DNA of 64,000 nt from Euryarchaeota archaeon RBG_13_57_23 (GTDB lineage: Archaea; Thermoplasmatota; Thermoplasmata; UBA10834), in assembly GCA_001800675.1 (NCBI GenBank), contig MGVW01000035.1, positions 108,501 through 172,500 of the forward strand, read 5' to 3'. Below, one piece after another: positions 53,497 to 62,312 of the stretch. The translations under genes and the position numbers were made by a program. Under the pieces are notes generated by a model, which was not told the origin of the DNA, did not search any database, and saw nothing but the letters and a program-made list of their open reading frames with translations. How positions within the stretch are numbered: position 1 is the stretch's first letter; the number at the start of each line of letters is the position of its first letter.

Positions 53497-53566
53497 CTAT
53501 TCCACGCTGAGCTCACCCTATAACATCGAACTAAACCGCACCAAAGAACAAGCGTCATGACTAGGA

Positions 53567-53716
53567 CTAGGCCTTCTTCGTCTCGCGTGTTTTGATACGG
53601 AGGCCCTTGTAGCCGCACTTTCTGCACCGAGTCGCCCGGATAGCGTTCCGCGCGTTGCAGTTCATACAAATCTTCTTGACGAGATTCCTGGCCTCGGCCT
53701 CCGGAAACCTAGCCAT
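53567..53716 (-). CDS. rpl40e: 50S ribosomal protein L40e
   Basis: Below the ORF-track size cutoff. Manual translation gives [49 protein letters not shown], the archaeal L40e Zn-ribbon sequence. A TTATATAT box lies about 30 nt upstream. Confidence 0.9.
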   Translation of the reverse strand: MARFPEAEARNLVKKICMNCNARNAIRATRCRKCGYKGLRIKTRETKKA

Positions 53717-53810
53717 GTATGGTCCTCTGGCGCCTCAAAGAGGCTTGCCATATATAACTGTTGTGCAACGGTACGTCGAACAATTATCAGCGACTTCAGC
53801 GAAGCTGGCA

Positions 53811-54770
53811 TCACTTGAGTTTCTTCCCTTCATGCGCGAAATGCGCCAGGAGCGCCTCGAGCTGGATGCGCTCGCTCGCACCTGAGACCATTCTGAACTC
53901 CACTTCACCCACGCGGTCCACGAGCCGCACCTTCGAGTCCTCTCCCACGGGGAGGTCGAACACCGCCCTGTGGATGCCTGACACGATGTCCTCCCCTGAG
54001 AGGCCGTGACGAGCGATGAGATCGTCCAGCTTGGATCTGGCAGCGGTGAAGTTTCCGTTCAGTGCGGTTGTGAGAAGATCCTGTATTTCGGAGGGACGGA
54101 TGTTATCAGTGGATTCGAACACAGTGTCCTGGTCCACCTTCCTGCCAAGCGAGGACGCCACCTGCATTATGTTCGTAGCCTTCCTGAGGTCACCGCCCGC
54201 GAGTTCGCATATTGCGTCGAAGCCTTCCTCGGTGACGTCGATGTGCTCTCCAGCTGCTATCCTCTTGAGGTATGACTTGACCTCCGGCTCTCCGAGCGGC
54301 CTGAACCTGAACACTGCACAACGCGATTGTATCGGCTCGATTATCTTCGATGAGTAGTTGCACGAGAGTATGAATCTGCATGTCTGGGTGTAGCGCTCCA
54401 TGGTCCTTCTCAGGGCGGCCTGCGCATCAGAAGTCAACGAATCCGCCTCGTCGAGGAAGATGATCTTGAAATCCGAGACCCCAAACGAGGCGGCCCTAGC
54501 GAAGTCCTTGATCTTGCCCCGGACGATGTCAATCCCCCTCTCGTCGGATGCGTTCAGCTCGATGAGGTTATCCCGCCACCCTTCGCCGTACAGTCCACGG
54601 GCGAGGGCTATCGCGCAGGTTGTCTTTCCCGATCCTGCGGGGCCTGCGAAAAGCATGTGGGGCATGCTCCTGGTTTTCGCATATGCAGAGAGGCGCTCCA
54701 CTATGCTTCTCTGCCCAATCACGTCGGACAGTCGCCGCGGCCTGTATTTCTCGACCCAGACGTCCTGCAT
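53811..54770 (-). CDS. rfcS: replication factor C small subunit
   Basis: Start at MQDVWVEKYRPRRLSDVIGQ; Walker A GPAGSGKTT, DEADS, SRC motif (QSRCAVFRF). No intein. Confidence 0.93.
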   Translation of the reverse strand: MQDVWVEKYRPRRLSDVIGQRSIVERLSAYAKTRSMPHMLFAGPAGSGKTTCAIALARGLYGEGWRDNLIELNASDERGIDIVRGKIKDFARAASFGVSDFKIIFLDEADSLTSDAQAALRRTMERYTQTCRFILSCNYSSKIIEPIQSRCAVFRFRPLGEPEVKSYLKRIAAGEHIDVTEEGFDAICELAGGDLRKATNIMQVASSLGRKVDQDTVFESTDNIRPSEIQDLLTTALNGNFTAARSKLDDLIARHGLSGEDIVSGIHRAVFDLPVGEDSKVRLVDRVGEVEFRMVSGASERIQLEALLAHFAHEGKKLK

Positions 54771-54994
54771 GTGGCCCCTGATTTCTCGAATGCGATATCC
54801 ATACAAATAGGTATCTAGGTGTAACCAATGCGCCCCGGTTCTCGGTCATTCAGGGAAGGGGTCATGCCCGCCCGGAAAGACCATAAGGAGTGGAATACAA
54901 TGCGATTCACGGAGGGAATAGGATCGTGCCGAGCATCGGCGTAATCTTCGCTCTGGCCTTACGAGCGCGAAAACAACTCCAAGGAGTTTGATCG

Positions 54995-55510
54995 GTGGTG
55001 AAATGCAAGAACTGCGGCTCGGAGAACCCCGACTACTCCGTCTATTGCGGAAGATGTGCGGCTGAGTTGAAAGGTGACCCTGCGGAGAGTGCGAAAGAGC
55101 ATCGGCCTCAAGGGTCAGGATCTGTGACCAGCATAGAGAGCATATTGAGTCGCAATCTCCTCAGAATCGAAGAGAACTTGGCTAAGAAGCGTGGCGGAGC
55201 GCTGGGCAGACTCAAGAAGGCCCTCTCTCGTTCCAACTCCATTGTGTTCAGGAGCGAAAGAGAGACAGTGACGCTGAGCATCGACAAAGAAGGTCAAGTG
55301 AAAGTGATCAGAGGCCTTTCTACTGGTGCGGCCCTCGAACTCGAGGGGCGCCACGATTCCTTTCTGACTATGTTTCAAGACGAACGCAAAGTCCGCACCA
55401 TTCCTAGCTCCATCAGCGTTCGTCTTGGCAAGAGGGAGCCGACCGATGAGTTGTCGCAACGCATCATCAGGGAAATCGTCGAGGAAATGCTCTACAGACT
55501 ATTCCAGTGA
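54995..55510 (+). CDS. N-terminal Zn-ribbon protein with uncharacterised C-terminal domain
   Basis: GTG start. MVKCKNCGSENPDYSVYCGRCAAEL. The rest is unassigned, with weak SCP2-like character at most. Confidence 0.45.
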   Translation: MVKCKNCGSENPDYSVYCGRCAAELKGDPAESAKEHRPQGSGSVTSIESILSRNLLRIEENLAKKRGGALGRLKKALSRSNSIVFRSERETVTLSIDKEGQVKVIRGLSTGAALELEGRHDSFLTMFQDERKVRTIPSSISVRLGKREPTDELSQRIIREIVEEMLYRLFQ

Positions 55511-55724
55511 CAGAGTTCTTGAATGATCATGACCACGGCGAAGGAAGAGCACCAAGCGACTTCGCCTGTGCTTCTCGTCCTTCCAAGGTGAGCCTTGTCT
55601 CGGGTCGCAAACTAGTCGTCACGACTCGTCCGCTCCAACAGTCGCTCGCACAACACCAGTATGTCTTTGTTGAAGAGCGGTTCTCGGTAAACCAATAAAT
55701 ATCCCATCCCGGCATCATCCGCTC

Positions 55725-56639
55725 GTGACCAGCTGCGACAAGTGCAGGGGCAGGGCCATAGTGCACATCAGGTACAGCGGGGCGCACCTCTGCAAATCCC
55801 ACTTCTGTGACTTCGTCGAGAAGCGCGTCCGGCATGAGCTGAGGAAGCAGATCGAGCTGAAGGGCGGGGAGAGGATCGCTATCGCGGTCTCTGGTGGGAA
55901 GGACAGCACCGTCGCGCAGCATCTGGTCCACAAGATACTTGGGCCGAGGAAGAGCATGGGCCTCTGCGCCATCACTGTTGATGAAGGGATTTCTGGCTAC
56001 AGAGAGTCGAGCATTCCCGTTGTCGCACGCAACAGCAGGAGACTTGGTATGGACCACATAGTCGTCTCGTTCGCCGAACTGCATGGAATTACAATGGACG
56101 AGATCGCGGGGGCCGAGCGCGGCCTCGCCACGTGCAGCTTCTGCGGTGTGTTGAGGAGAGGAGCAATGAATCGAGCTGCACGGGAATGGAAGGCCACCCA
56201 TCTAGCGACTGGACTGAACCTCGACGACACATGCCAATCCATTCTGATGAGCTTCGCGAGAGGAGAAGTAGAGCGCCTGGCGAGGCTCGGGCCTCACCGG
56301 AAGGTGCAGAAGGGACTCGTTCCTCGAATACAACCGCTGAGATTGATCCCCGAATCCGAGACAGCTCTGTACGCAATCGCCAACGAACTGGAGTACCATG
56401 ACCTCGAGTGCCCTTATGCGCCCGAGGCTCTCAGGAACCAGTACAGGACCGTGATAGCGCAGCTGGAGGACAAATCCCCTGGTACCAGACACTCCATTCT
56501 GAAGAGCTACGACGCACTGCTCCCCGCGCTCGAGAAGACTTTTGCCCCATCGCGGCTTCGAGTGTGCACGTGCGGGGAACCGAGCACGTCTGACAAGTGC
56601 AAGGCTTGCGAACTCGTCGAGAATCTCAAGCGCAAGTGA
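55725..56639 (+). CDS. TtuA/NcsA-family PP-loop tRNA 2-thiolation protein
   Basis: N-terminal CDKC...CKSHFC Zn finger, PP-loop AVSGGKDS, central CSFCG, C-terminal CTCG...CKAC. Confidence 0.85.
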   Translation: MTSCDKCRGRAIVHIRYSGAHLCKSHFCDFVEKRVRHELRKQIELKGGERIAIAVSGGKDSTVAQHLVHKILGPRKSMGLCAITVDEGISGYRESSIPVVARNSRRLGMDHIVVSFAELHGITMDEIAGAERGLATCSFCGVLRRGAMNRAAREWKATHLATGLNLDDTCQSILMSFARGEVERLARLGPHRKVQKGLVPRIQPLRLIPESETALYAIANELEYHDLECPYAPEALRNQYRTVIAQLEDKSPGTRHSILKSYDALLPALEKTFAPSRLRVCTCGEPSTSDKCKACELVENLKRK

Positions 56640-56640
56640 C

Positions 56641-57372
56641 TCAACGATATGTCCCGTGCTCGAACCACGCTCCGCAGCTCTTGCAGACCGTCTCCTTCTG
56701 CGCCGCCTTCGCGCCGCAGACGGGACATGTCTTGATTGCAAGCGTCCTCTCATGATGATGAGACTGCTTGTCAGCGTGTTCTTCGGGAGCGTAGCCGATC
56801 GAATCGTCCGCCGTGACCTGGAAGGCCACCTTGGACATCCTCGAGAGCGATGGCCCCGAGGCCTTCTGCTTCGCAACCAGCTTCTTTCGCGCGGCCTCCT
56901 GCTCCCGCGCAGCTCTCACCTCGGCCTTCTGCTGTCGTTCCTTCTCCTCGAGGTAGGACTTGTGTGTCGAGTACGTGGACACCACGAGGAGCCCTTTCAA
57001 CGAGATGCCAAACAGCATGATCAGGACTATCTTGCTCATGTCGAAGCGCACAAAGTACGGTCCGTATTCGAAGGTGGCCACACCTCCGCCGAGAATCACG
57101 AACAACCAGAGGCAGATGAAGGCCAGAGCGGACAGGCCGAACAGCATCCGCTTGAATGTCCCTGGCTTGTTCGCGGTCTCCAGTGTGCTCGCAGCGGTTA
57201 TCATGCCACCGAAGAAGAGAATGTACTGCACTATGTTGGGCATGAAAGCGGTGGACAGGTCAGGATAGTTCGTGTTGATCAGGTCGACGAGTACGATGGG
57301 AACGACGATGAATCTGATCGTCTCAGTGAATGCCGTCCAGACGGAATCCGACAGCCTGCTGCGCGTCCTCAC
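56641..57372 (-). CDS. polytopic membrane protein with charged coiled-coil segment and C-terminal Zn-ribbon
   Basis: About 5 TM segments, then KSYLEEKERQQKAEVRAAREQEAARKK, then CPVCGAKAAQKETVCKSCG. Overlaps the upstream gene by 4 nt. Confidence 0.5.
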   Translation of the reverse strand: MRTRSRLSDSVWTAFTETIRFIVVPIVLVDLINTNYPDLSTAFMPNIVQYILFFGGMITAASTLETANKPGTFKRMLFGLSALAFICLWLFVILGGGVATFEYGPYFVRFDMSKIVLIMLFGISLKGLLVVSTYSTHKSYLEEKERQQKAEVRAAREQEAARKKLVAKQKASGPSLSRMSKVAFQVTADDSIGYAPEEHADKQSHHHERTLAIKTCPVCGAKAAQKETVCKSCGAWFEHGTYR

Positions 57373-58187
57373 GGGATCACCCCAGACAGGGAAGGCGCAA
57401 CAAAGGTCCTGGTGAAAGTGAAGCCGGCCACAGTCAGCTCGAGCACGACATGGTATTCGCTGTGTATCTCAGGGAGAACGTCTAACTGGACCGTGTCCGA
57501 GTAGTTGCTGCCGAGTTGGATTGCCGTCGTAGTCTCCCCGAGCAATGCCCCGTCTCCATAGTACGAAATCGTCACGGCCGCGTTAGGCAACCCTGCCAGC
57601 TTGCTGGAAGTGTGGAGCCAATAGTCAATCGTGACCTCTATGGGGTCGCCCAGAGGAGGAGGCGTCGATGGGTAGGAGATATCGGAGATCCCGTAGTCCC
57701 TGATCAGCGCGAGCCATGGGACCTGGACCTCGTAGCTCGCCTCGAAGACTACTAGCTCCATCGTGTATAGGCACGAGACCTCCACGTGGAATCGAAGCAG
57801 GTCGTCGTGGAACACCATCCACTGAATCCCCTGGTTGAACAGAGTCATCAGGTCGAACTGGAAATCGATCATAGAGGGCGTGACCTGTCCGGCAGGGATA
57901 TCTCCTATCGAGATATCGTCCTCAGCCAAGGAGTACAGAGAATCGTTCGTGACGGAGTATGAGACCGTCAAGTCCTTGACGTCGTAGAAACCGTGGTTGT
58001 CGATGGAGAAAGGAGCGGTCACGTGAACCACTCCGTTTACTACCTCCCAGTCCACCTCATCCGTCGACGGCAGATCCACCTTGAACTGACCGCTCGGGAA
58101 CGGCCAGACGCTCGTGAATGCCAGTGCGACAATTGCCAGATTGACAACACCAATGGCCAGCTGAAGGAATCTCGTGCGGGCAACCAT
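57369..58187 (-). CDS. N-terminally anchored extracytoplasmic beta-rich protein (possibly tandem LEA_2/WHy-like domains)
   Basis: Single N-terminal TM, FLQLAIGVVNLAIVALAF. The pattern TAPFSIDNHGFYDVKDLTVSYSVT...IGDIPAGQ resembles LEA_2 folds, which is an inference only. Confidence 0.45.
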   Translation of the reverse strand: MVARTRFLQLAIGVVNLAIVALAFTSVWPFPSGQFKVDLPSTDEVDWEVVNGVVHVTAPFSIDNHGFYDVKDLTVSYSVTNDSLYSLAEDDISIGDIPAGQVTPSMIDFQFDLMTLFNQGIQWMVFHDDLLRFHVEVSCLYTMELVVFEASYEVQVPWLALIRDYGISDISYPSTPPPLGDPIEVTIDYWLHTSSKLAGLPNAAVTISYYGDGALLGETTTAIQLGSNYSDTVQLDVLPEIHSEYHVVLELTVAGFTFTRTFVAPSLSGVIP

Positions 58188-58246
58188 TCGGGTCTACAGA
58201 TAGCTAATCAGGCTGTGCCATAATAAACCTAGAGCTGAGACTATCA

Positions 58247-59575
58247 TCAAAGACTGCCGTCGTAAGTTGGGTAATCGTAAGCTTCCTCTCCTTCGAAGAA
58301 GCAATAATGGACCTTCGTGAAGTCGCGCTTCAGTTTGACGACGTCTGGCAAGACGTGCTCCGCAGGCTCCCCCTTGACTGCGACGCGCGCGATCAGTTCC
58401 GCCACCTCGGTCATGTGATTCTCTTTCATGCCCAGTCTCGTGAGTTCCTGGGAACCGATCCTTATCCCGGAAGGCTTCACGGGGTCCGAGTCCCAAGGAA
58501 GGAGGTTCTTGTTGAGTATGATGTTCGCAGCTTCGAGGGATTTCGCGACCTTCGCGCCCCCGTGGTACCTCTCGACGTCTACAACGATAGTGTGGGATTC
58601 TGTGAAGCCCAGGTGCTCGCAGAGGACATCCATCCCGCGCTCGAACAGACTCTGGCCAAGTGCCTTCGCGTTGCGAACGGTCTGGTCCGCGTACGCCGCA
58701 CCGTATTCCTTGGTCTCTGCAAGCGTGACCGCGAGCGCCGCGACGGAATGGAGATGGTGGTTGCTCGTGACGCCCGGGAATACCCCTCGCCTGAGAGCGG
58801 TCTCGAGTCCCTCCCTCGGGAGGTCGGATATGATCATCCCGTGCTGTGGCCCTGGCAGGGTCTTGTGCGTACTGCCCGAGACGACGTCGATCCCCTGGCG
58901 CAACGGATCCTGGAACCTCTTGCCTGCGATCAATCCAAGAACATGAGCGCCGTCGTACCATGTCGCGCATCCAACCTCCGAGAACACCTCCCGGAGCTCG
59001 TCTAGCGGGGTGGGGAAGAGATACACCGATTGGCCGAACAGAGCGACCTTGGGCTTAACCTCCCTTAGGAGCCTCTTTGCTCCCTCTACGTCGATGTTCA
59101 TGTTCTTCTCGTCAAACGGGTAGTTGTAGGTCTTGATCCCGCGAAGGCCAGCTGCCCCTATCTTCGCGTGGGAGATGTGACCGCCATCGGAGGTTGCGAC
59201 CGTCGTCATCTTGTCCCTGGTCTTCGTCAAGGCGGACAGAACGGCGAGGTTGCACACAGTGCCCGAGGTTGAACGCACATCCGCGAACTTGCATGAGAAC
59301 ACATCGCGCGCCAGCTCCTCGCAGAGCGTCTCGATCTGGTCCACGAAAATGTTGCCCTGGTAGTATCGCTTGAACGGCAGACCCTCGGCGTACCGGTTGT
59401 GGAGGTCTGAGTTCATTACTTCCCTGGCCGCTGGGCTCATCACGTTCTCAGAAGCAATCAGAGGGATCGAGTCCTTGAACCACGCATTGTGCTTGCGCGT
59501 TAGATCCCTCACTGACTGCGCGGATTCTTTCGGCGAAGGCACGACTCTGGGGAAAGAATCGGAGATTAAAAACAT
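58247..59575 (-). CDS. glyA: serine hydroxymethyltransferase
   Basis: LIASENVMSPAAREVMNSDLHNRYAEG, and the PLP-Lys context SGSTHKTLPGP. Start uncertain (59575 or upstream at 59662). Confidence 0.9.
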   Translation of the reverse strand: MFLISDSFPRVVPSPKESAQSVRDLTRKHNAWFKDSIPLIASENVMSPAAREVMNSDLHNRYAEGLPFKRYYQGNIFVDQIETLCEELARDVFSCKFADVRSTSGTVCNLAVLSALTKTRDKMTTVATSDGGHISHAKIGAAGLRGIKTYNYPFDEKNMNIDVEGAKRLLREVKPKVALFGQSVYLFPTPLDELREVFSEVGCATWYDGAHVLGLIAGKRFQDPLRQGIDVVSGSTHKTLPGPQHGMIISDLPREGLETALRRGVFPGVTSNHHLHSVAALAVTLAETKEYGAAYADQTVRNAKALGQSLFERGMDVLCEHLGFTESHTIVVDVERYHGGAKVAKSLEAANIILNKNLLPWDSDPVKPSGIRIGSQELTRLGMKENHMTEVAELIARVAVKGEPAEHVLPDVVKLKRDFTKVHYCFFEGEEAYDYPTYDGSL

Positions 59576-59730
59576 ATGCACAAAAGACCGCGGGATGTTG
59601 CAGAACGTCCGCGACAGAACCTGAGCACAGAGCTCTCTCTCGCAGTCCGAGACGACTCGCATCTGCTTCGATCAAGACATAGTTCCACAGGTTGCAGTGG
59701 AAACGCAGGTCGATAGCCTGCGGCATAGCT

Positions 59731-59761
59731 ATTTATAGAATGTATGACATTTTGTCATACA
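59731..59761 (+). promoter_or_regulatory. TATA box (ATTTATAGA) followed by perfect 9-3-9 inverted repeat TGTATGACA-TTT-TGTCATACA
   Basis: Read directly. The repeat ends 17 nt before the ATG of the RHH regulator gene, between the TATA box and the expected transcription start. Confidence 0.45.
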
Positions 59762-59777
59762 AGGCACCGCGATCACA

Positions 59778-60179
59778 ATGACCTACAAGAGCGCAAGGCT
59801 GAACATCAGATTGCCCGAAGAGGACCTTCAGGAACTAGAAGGGATTCGCGAGCGCACAGGCCTCCAAACTGTCTCCGATGTTGTCAGGCAGGCCATAGAG
59901 TCATTCCTGCATGACGAGGTCGCTACCTGGAATGCCGAGAAGATCAGCGCCATCGTACCCGCTGCTCTGATGGAAGATGTTGAGATGTTCGTCGGGAGCG
60001 GCGACGCTGCAGATGTATCCCAGGCCGTGACGCTTGCGCTGACGGGATGGGTCGAGGACAGGAAGCGCTACTACATGGAAGGCAGAGAGGCGCTTCGCCA
60101 GAAGGTATCACAGGCGATCGACGAGCGCGATGCGAGAAAAGGGATGGCTCGGACCGCGTCTCGAATGAGAGTCCAGTAG
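59778..60179 (+). CDS. ribbon-helix-helix (CopG/Arc/MetJ-type) DNA-binding protein
   Basis: ARLNIRLPEEDLQELEGIRERTGLQTVSDVVRQAIESFL is a canonical RHH N-terminus. A second RHH-like segment may follow. Confidence 0.7.
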   Translation: MTYKSARLNIRLPEEDLQELEGIRERTGLQTVSDVVRQAIESFLHDEVATWNAEKISAIVPAALMEDVEMFVGSGDAADVSQAVTLALTGWVEDRKRYYMEGREALRQKVSQAIDERDARKGMARTASRMRVQ

Positions 60180-60304
60180 ATTCACATCAATGCGGGGACG
60201 GATGCCTTAGCAACGACGCAGCCGCGGACGCTCTCGCGCCCGCAACATTACGAACGAAGGGAAGGAAGGGCTATCACGCAGCCCAGATGGGATGGGAAAC
60301 CTCA

Positions 60305-60337
60305 GAGAGGGCATAGGCCCTCTCAATGCACTTTTTT
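60305..60337 (+). terminator. hairpin plus T6 between convergent genes
   Basis: GAGAGGGC-ATAG-GCCCTCTC, then AATGCAC and TTTTTT. Confidence 0.45.
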
Positions 60338-60383
60338 CAAAGAACCGTATATGCTCTTGCACGTGCTGACTTCGAAGCACACG

Positions 60384-61424
60384 CTACTTTTTCGACAGCA
60401 TCTCCTTGAGCTCGTCAATCGGTTCGGTGCTCGATGGGTCTTCCTGCCTCAAGAAGGCCAGATAGACGCTCATGTAGTCGCCTATCATTATGAGGGAGAA
60501 CATCTTCGCCATCGGGCTTTGTCCCAAGGCGGAGACGGAATACACGTGTGTAACCCGTGCTAGCATGTCCTTTGTCGCGGCGATACGCTTCTTCATGTAC
60601 CTGTTCTTGGTGTCATGCTCCAGGAAGACAGGGGCGAAGTTCTTGCTTCTGGCGTCCTTCATCCAACCAACGATCTCGTTGTGGTCCATCTCCGGCAGCT
60701 CGGAACTATGAGCGATGACCTTTGCGTTCTCGCTGAGCTGGTTTGCCCAACGCTTCGCCACCGGTCTGGATATGTCATGACCGATGACGACTGGCACGCA
60801 CGAGAGCAACTCGTGCGCCAGCATCTTCGCCGGATTGTCCGAAGTCGAGACGGACTGCCTGCAGTAGGAAGCGGTCCGGTCCATCATCTTCGTGGACTCC
60901 TCCAGTTGTTTGTCGATGGATACTACCCCGGATCGCTCGAGAACGCCGAGCATGGCCCCGAACATGTAGCCGAGAGTCGCCCTCGGGACCATTCCAGAGG
61001 GGATCTTCGCACAAGGAACGTCCACTGACTCGCTCATCTTTGTCAGCCTGCCCCCCGATGCGATGGATACTATCTTGGAGCGCCTCTTCCTTGCCTCCTC
61101 GAACATGCTCAGGCTCTCCTCCGTGTTTCCGGAGTAGCTGGCGACCATCACCAGCGATTCCCTGCTGACCGATGCGGGGAGAGAGTATGAGCTACACACG
61201 ATACACGGGACTTCCGTTTCTGTCGCCAACCACTCCTCGAGGAGGTGGCCGCCGATCGCGGAGCCGCCCATACCGCAGACCACGATGTCCTTGGGGACGA
61301 ATTTCGGAAGCCCCGCCAATCGCCCTCTCCGAAGACCATCAGAGAGATGCTCGGGAAGCTTCTCTATCGTGCCCAGCATATTCTTCTGGTCCAGAGGCTC
61401 GATTCGCGCTTTCGAATCCAACAT
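60384..61424 (-). CDS. bifunctional phosphoglucose/phosphomannose isomerase (SIS domain)
   Basis: VVCGMGGSAIGG and SYSGNTEE motifs typical of the archaeal PGI/PMI family. Confidence 0.75.
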   Translation of the reverse strand: MLDSKARIEPLDQKNMLGTIEKLPEHLSDGLRRGRLAGLPKFVPKDIVVCGMGGSAIGGHLLEEWLATETEVPCIVCSSYSLPASVSRESLVMVASYSGNTEESLSMFEEARKRRSKIVSIASGGRLTKMSESVDVPCAKIPSGMVPRATLGYMFGAMLGVLERSGVVSIDKQLEESTKMMDRTASYCRQSVSTSDNPAKMLAHELLSCVPVVIGHDISRPVAKRWANQLSENAKVIAHSSELPEMDHNEIVGWMKDARSKNFAPVFLEHDTKNRYMKKRIAATKDMLARVTHVYSVSALGQSPMAKMFSLIMIGDYMSVYLAFLRQEDPSSTEPIDELKEMLSKK

Positions 61425-61549
61425 ACCACACTCGCATTGGCTTGTTACTATAAATCCGTACTCGGCAGCCTTGCAGTCGGCTGAGGAAATGCTCTAATAT
61501 GAACCGGTGATTGCCCCTTCCATAACTCCGTTAAAGGAGAGAGCTCAGT

Positions 61550-62302
61550 TTGGGAGGCGAGCAAGTGGCGAAAAGCGAGTCATCTGTCAAAGTCGGATCG
61601 GTTTCAAGCGACGGGGCCATCGTGGCCCAGGGAGTCGTCAAGACCTATGACACGGGCAAGGTCAAAGTCGAGGCGCTTCGAGGCGTGAACCTCACTGTGA
61701 ACAAGGGAGAGATGGTCGCGGTGATGGGCCCCTCCGGTTGCGGAAAGACCACGCTTCTGAACTGCATGTCAGGGCTCGACGACCTGAGCGGGGGAGAGGT
61801 CCTCATCAACGGCAAGCCTCTGTCCCAGATGAAGGATCGTGAGAGAACACGATACAGAGCAGAGAAGATAGGATTCATCTTCCAGTCGTACAACCTGCTC
61901 CCAGTACTATCATCGGCTGAGAACGTCGAGCTGCCGCTGCTCCTAGGCGGGAAGACCCCCAAGGAGGCGAGGAAGCTCGCCCTCGAGGCCCTGAAGGCGG
62001 TAGGCCTCGAGGAATGGAGCACGCACAAGCCTTCGGAGCTGTCTGGAGGTCAGCAGCAGAGGGTGACCATCGCGAGGTCACTGGTCAACCGACCGGAGAT
62101 AGTGTTCGGAGACGAACCCACCGGCAACCTGGACAGCGAATCATCCAAAGAGATAATGACGCTTCTCCGCAAACTTAACAAAGAGAACAAGCAGACATTC
62201 ATCATCGTCACACACGACTACAACATTGGACGGTTGGCGGATAAGATCATCATGATGAGAGACGGGCTCATAGAGAAGGAGTTCGCCTGCTCGCCGTACT
62301 GA
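61550..62302 (+). CDS. ABC transporter ATP-binding protein (MacB/LolD-like)
   Basis: GPSGCGKTT, LSGGQQQRVTIARSL, VFGDEPTGNLD. Start uncertain: TTG 61550, or GTG near 61622. Confidence 0.9.
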   Translation: MGGEQVAKSESSVKVGSVSSDGAIVAQGVVKTYDTGKVKVEALRGVNLTVNKGEMVAVMGPSGCGKTTLLNCMSGLDDLSGGEVLINGKPLSQMKDRERTRYRAEKIGFIFQSYNLLPVLSSAENVELPLLLGGKTPKEARKLALEALKAVGLEEWSTHKPSELSGGQQQRVTIARSLVNRPEIVFGDEPTGNLDSESSKEIMTLLRKLNKENKQTFIIVTHDYNIGRLADKIIMMRDGLIEKEFACSPY

Positions 62303-62312
62303 GGTCATCGTC

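Noticed and set aside
56202-57504. Arg-rich ORFs 56202-56876 (minus) and 56542-57504 (plus)
   Set aside because: They are alternative-frame or antisense readings of the TtuA/NcsA and membrane Zn-ribbon genes, with extreme Arg/Ser/Pro composition.
58194-59005. 258-aa minus-strand and 232-aa plus-strand ORFs within glyA
   Set aside because: They are off-frame or antisense relative to the clearly identified serine hydroxymethyltransferase.
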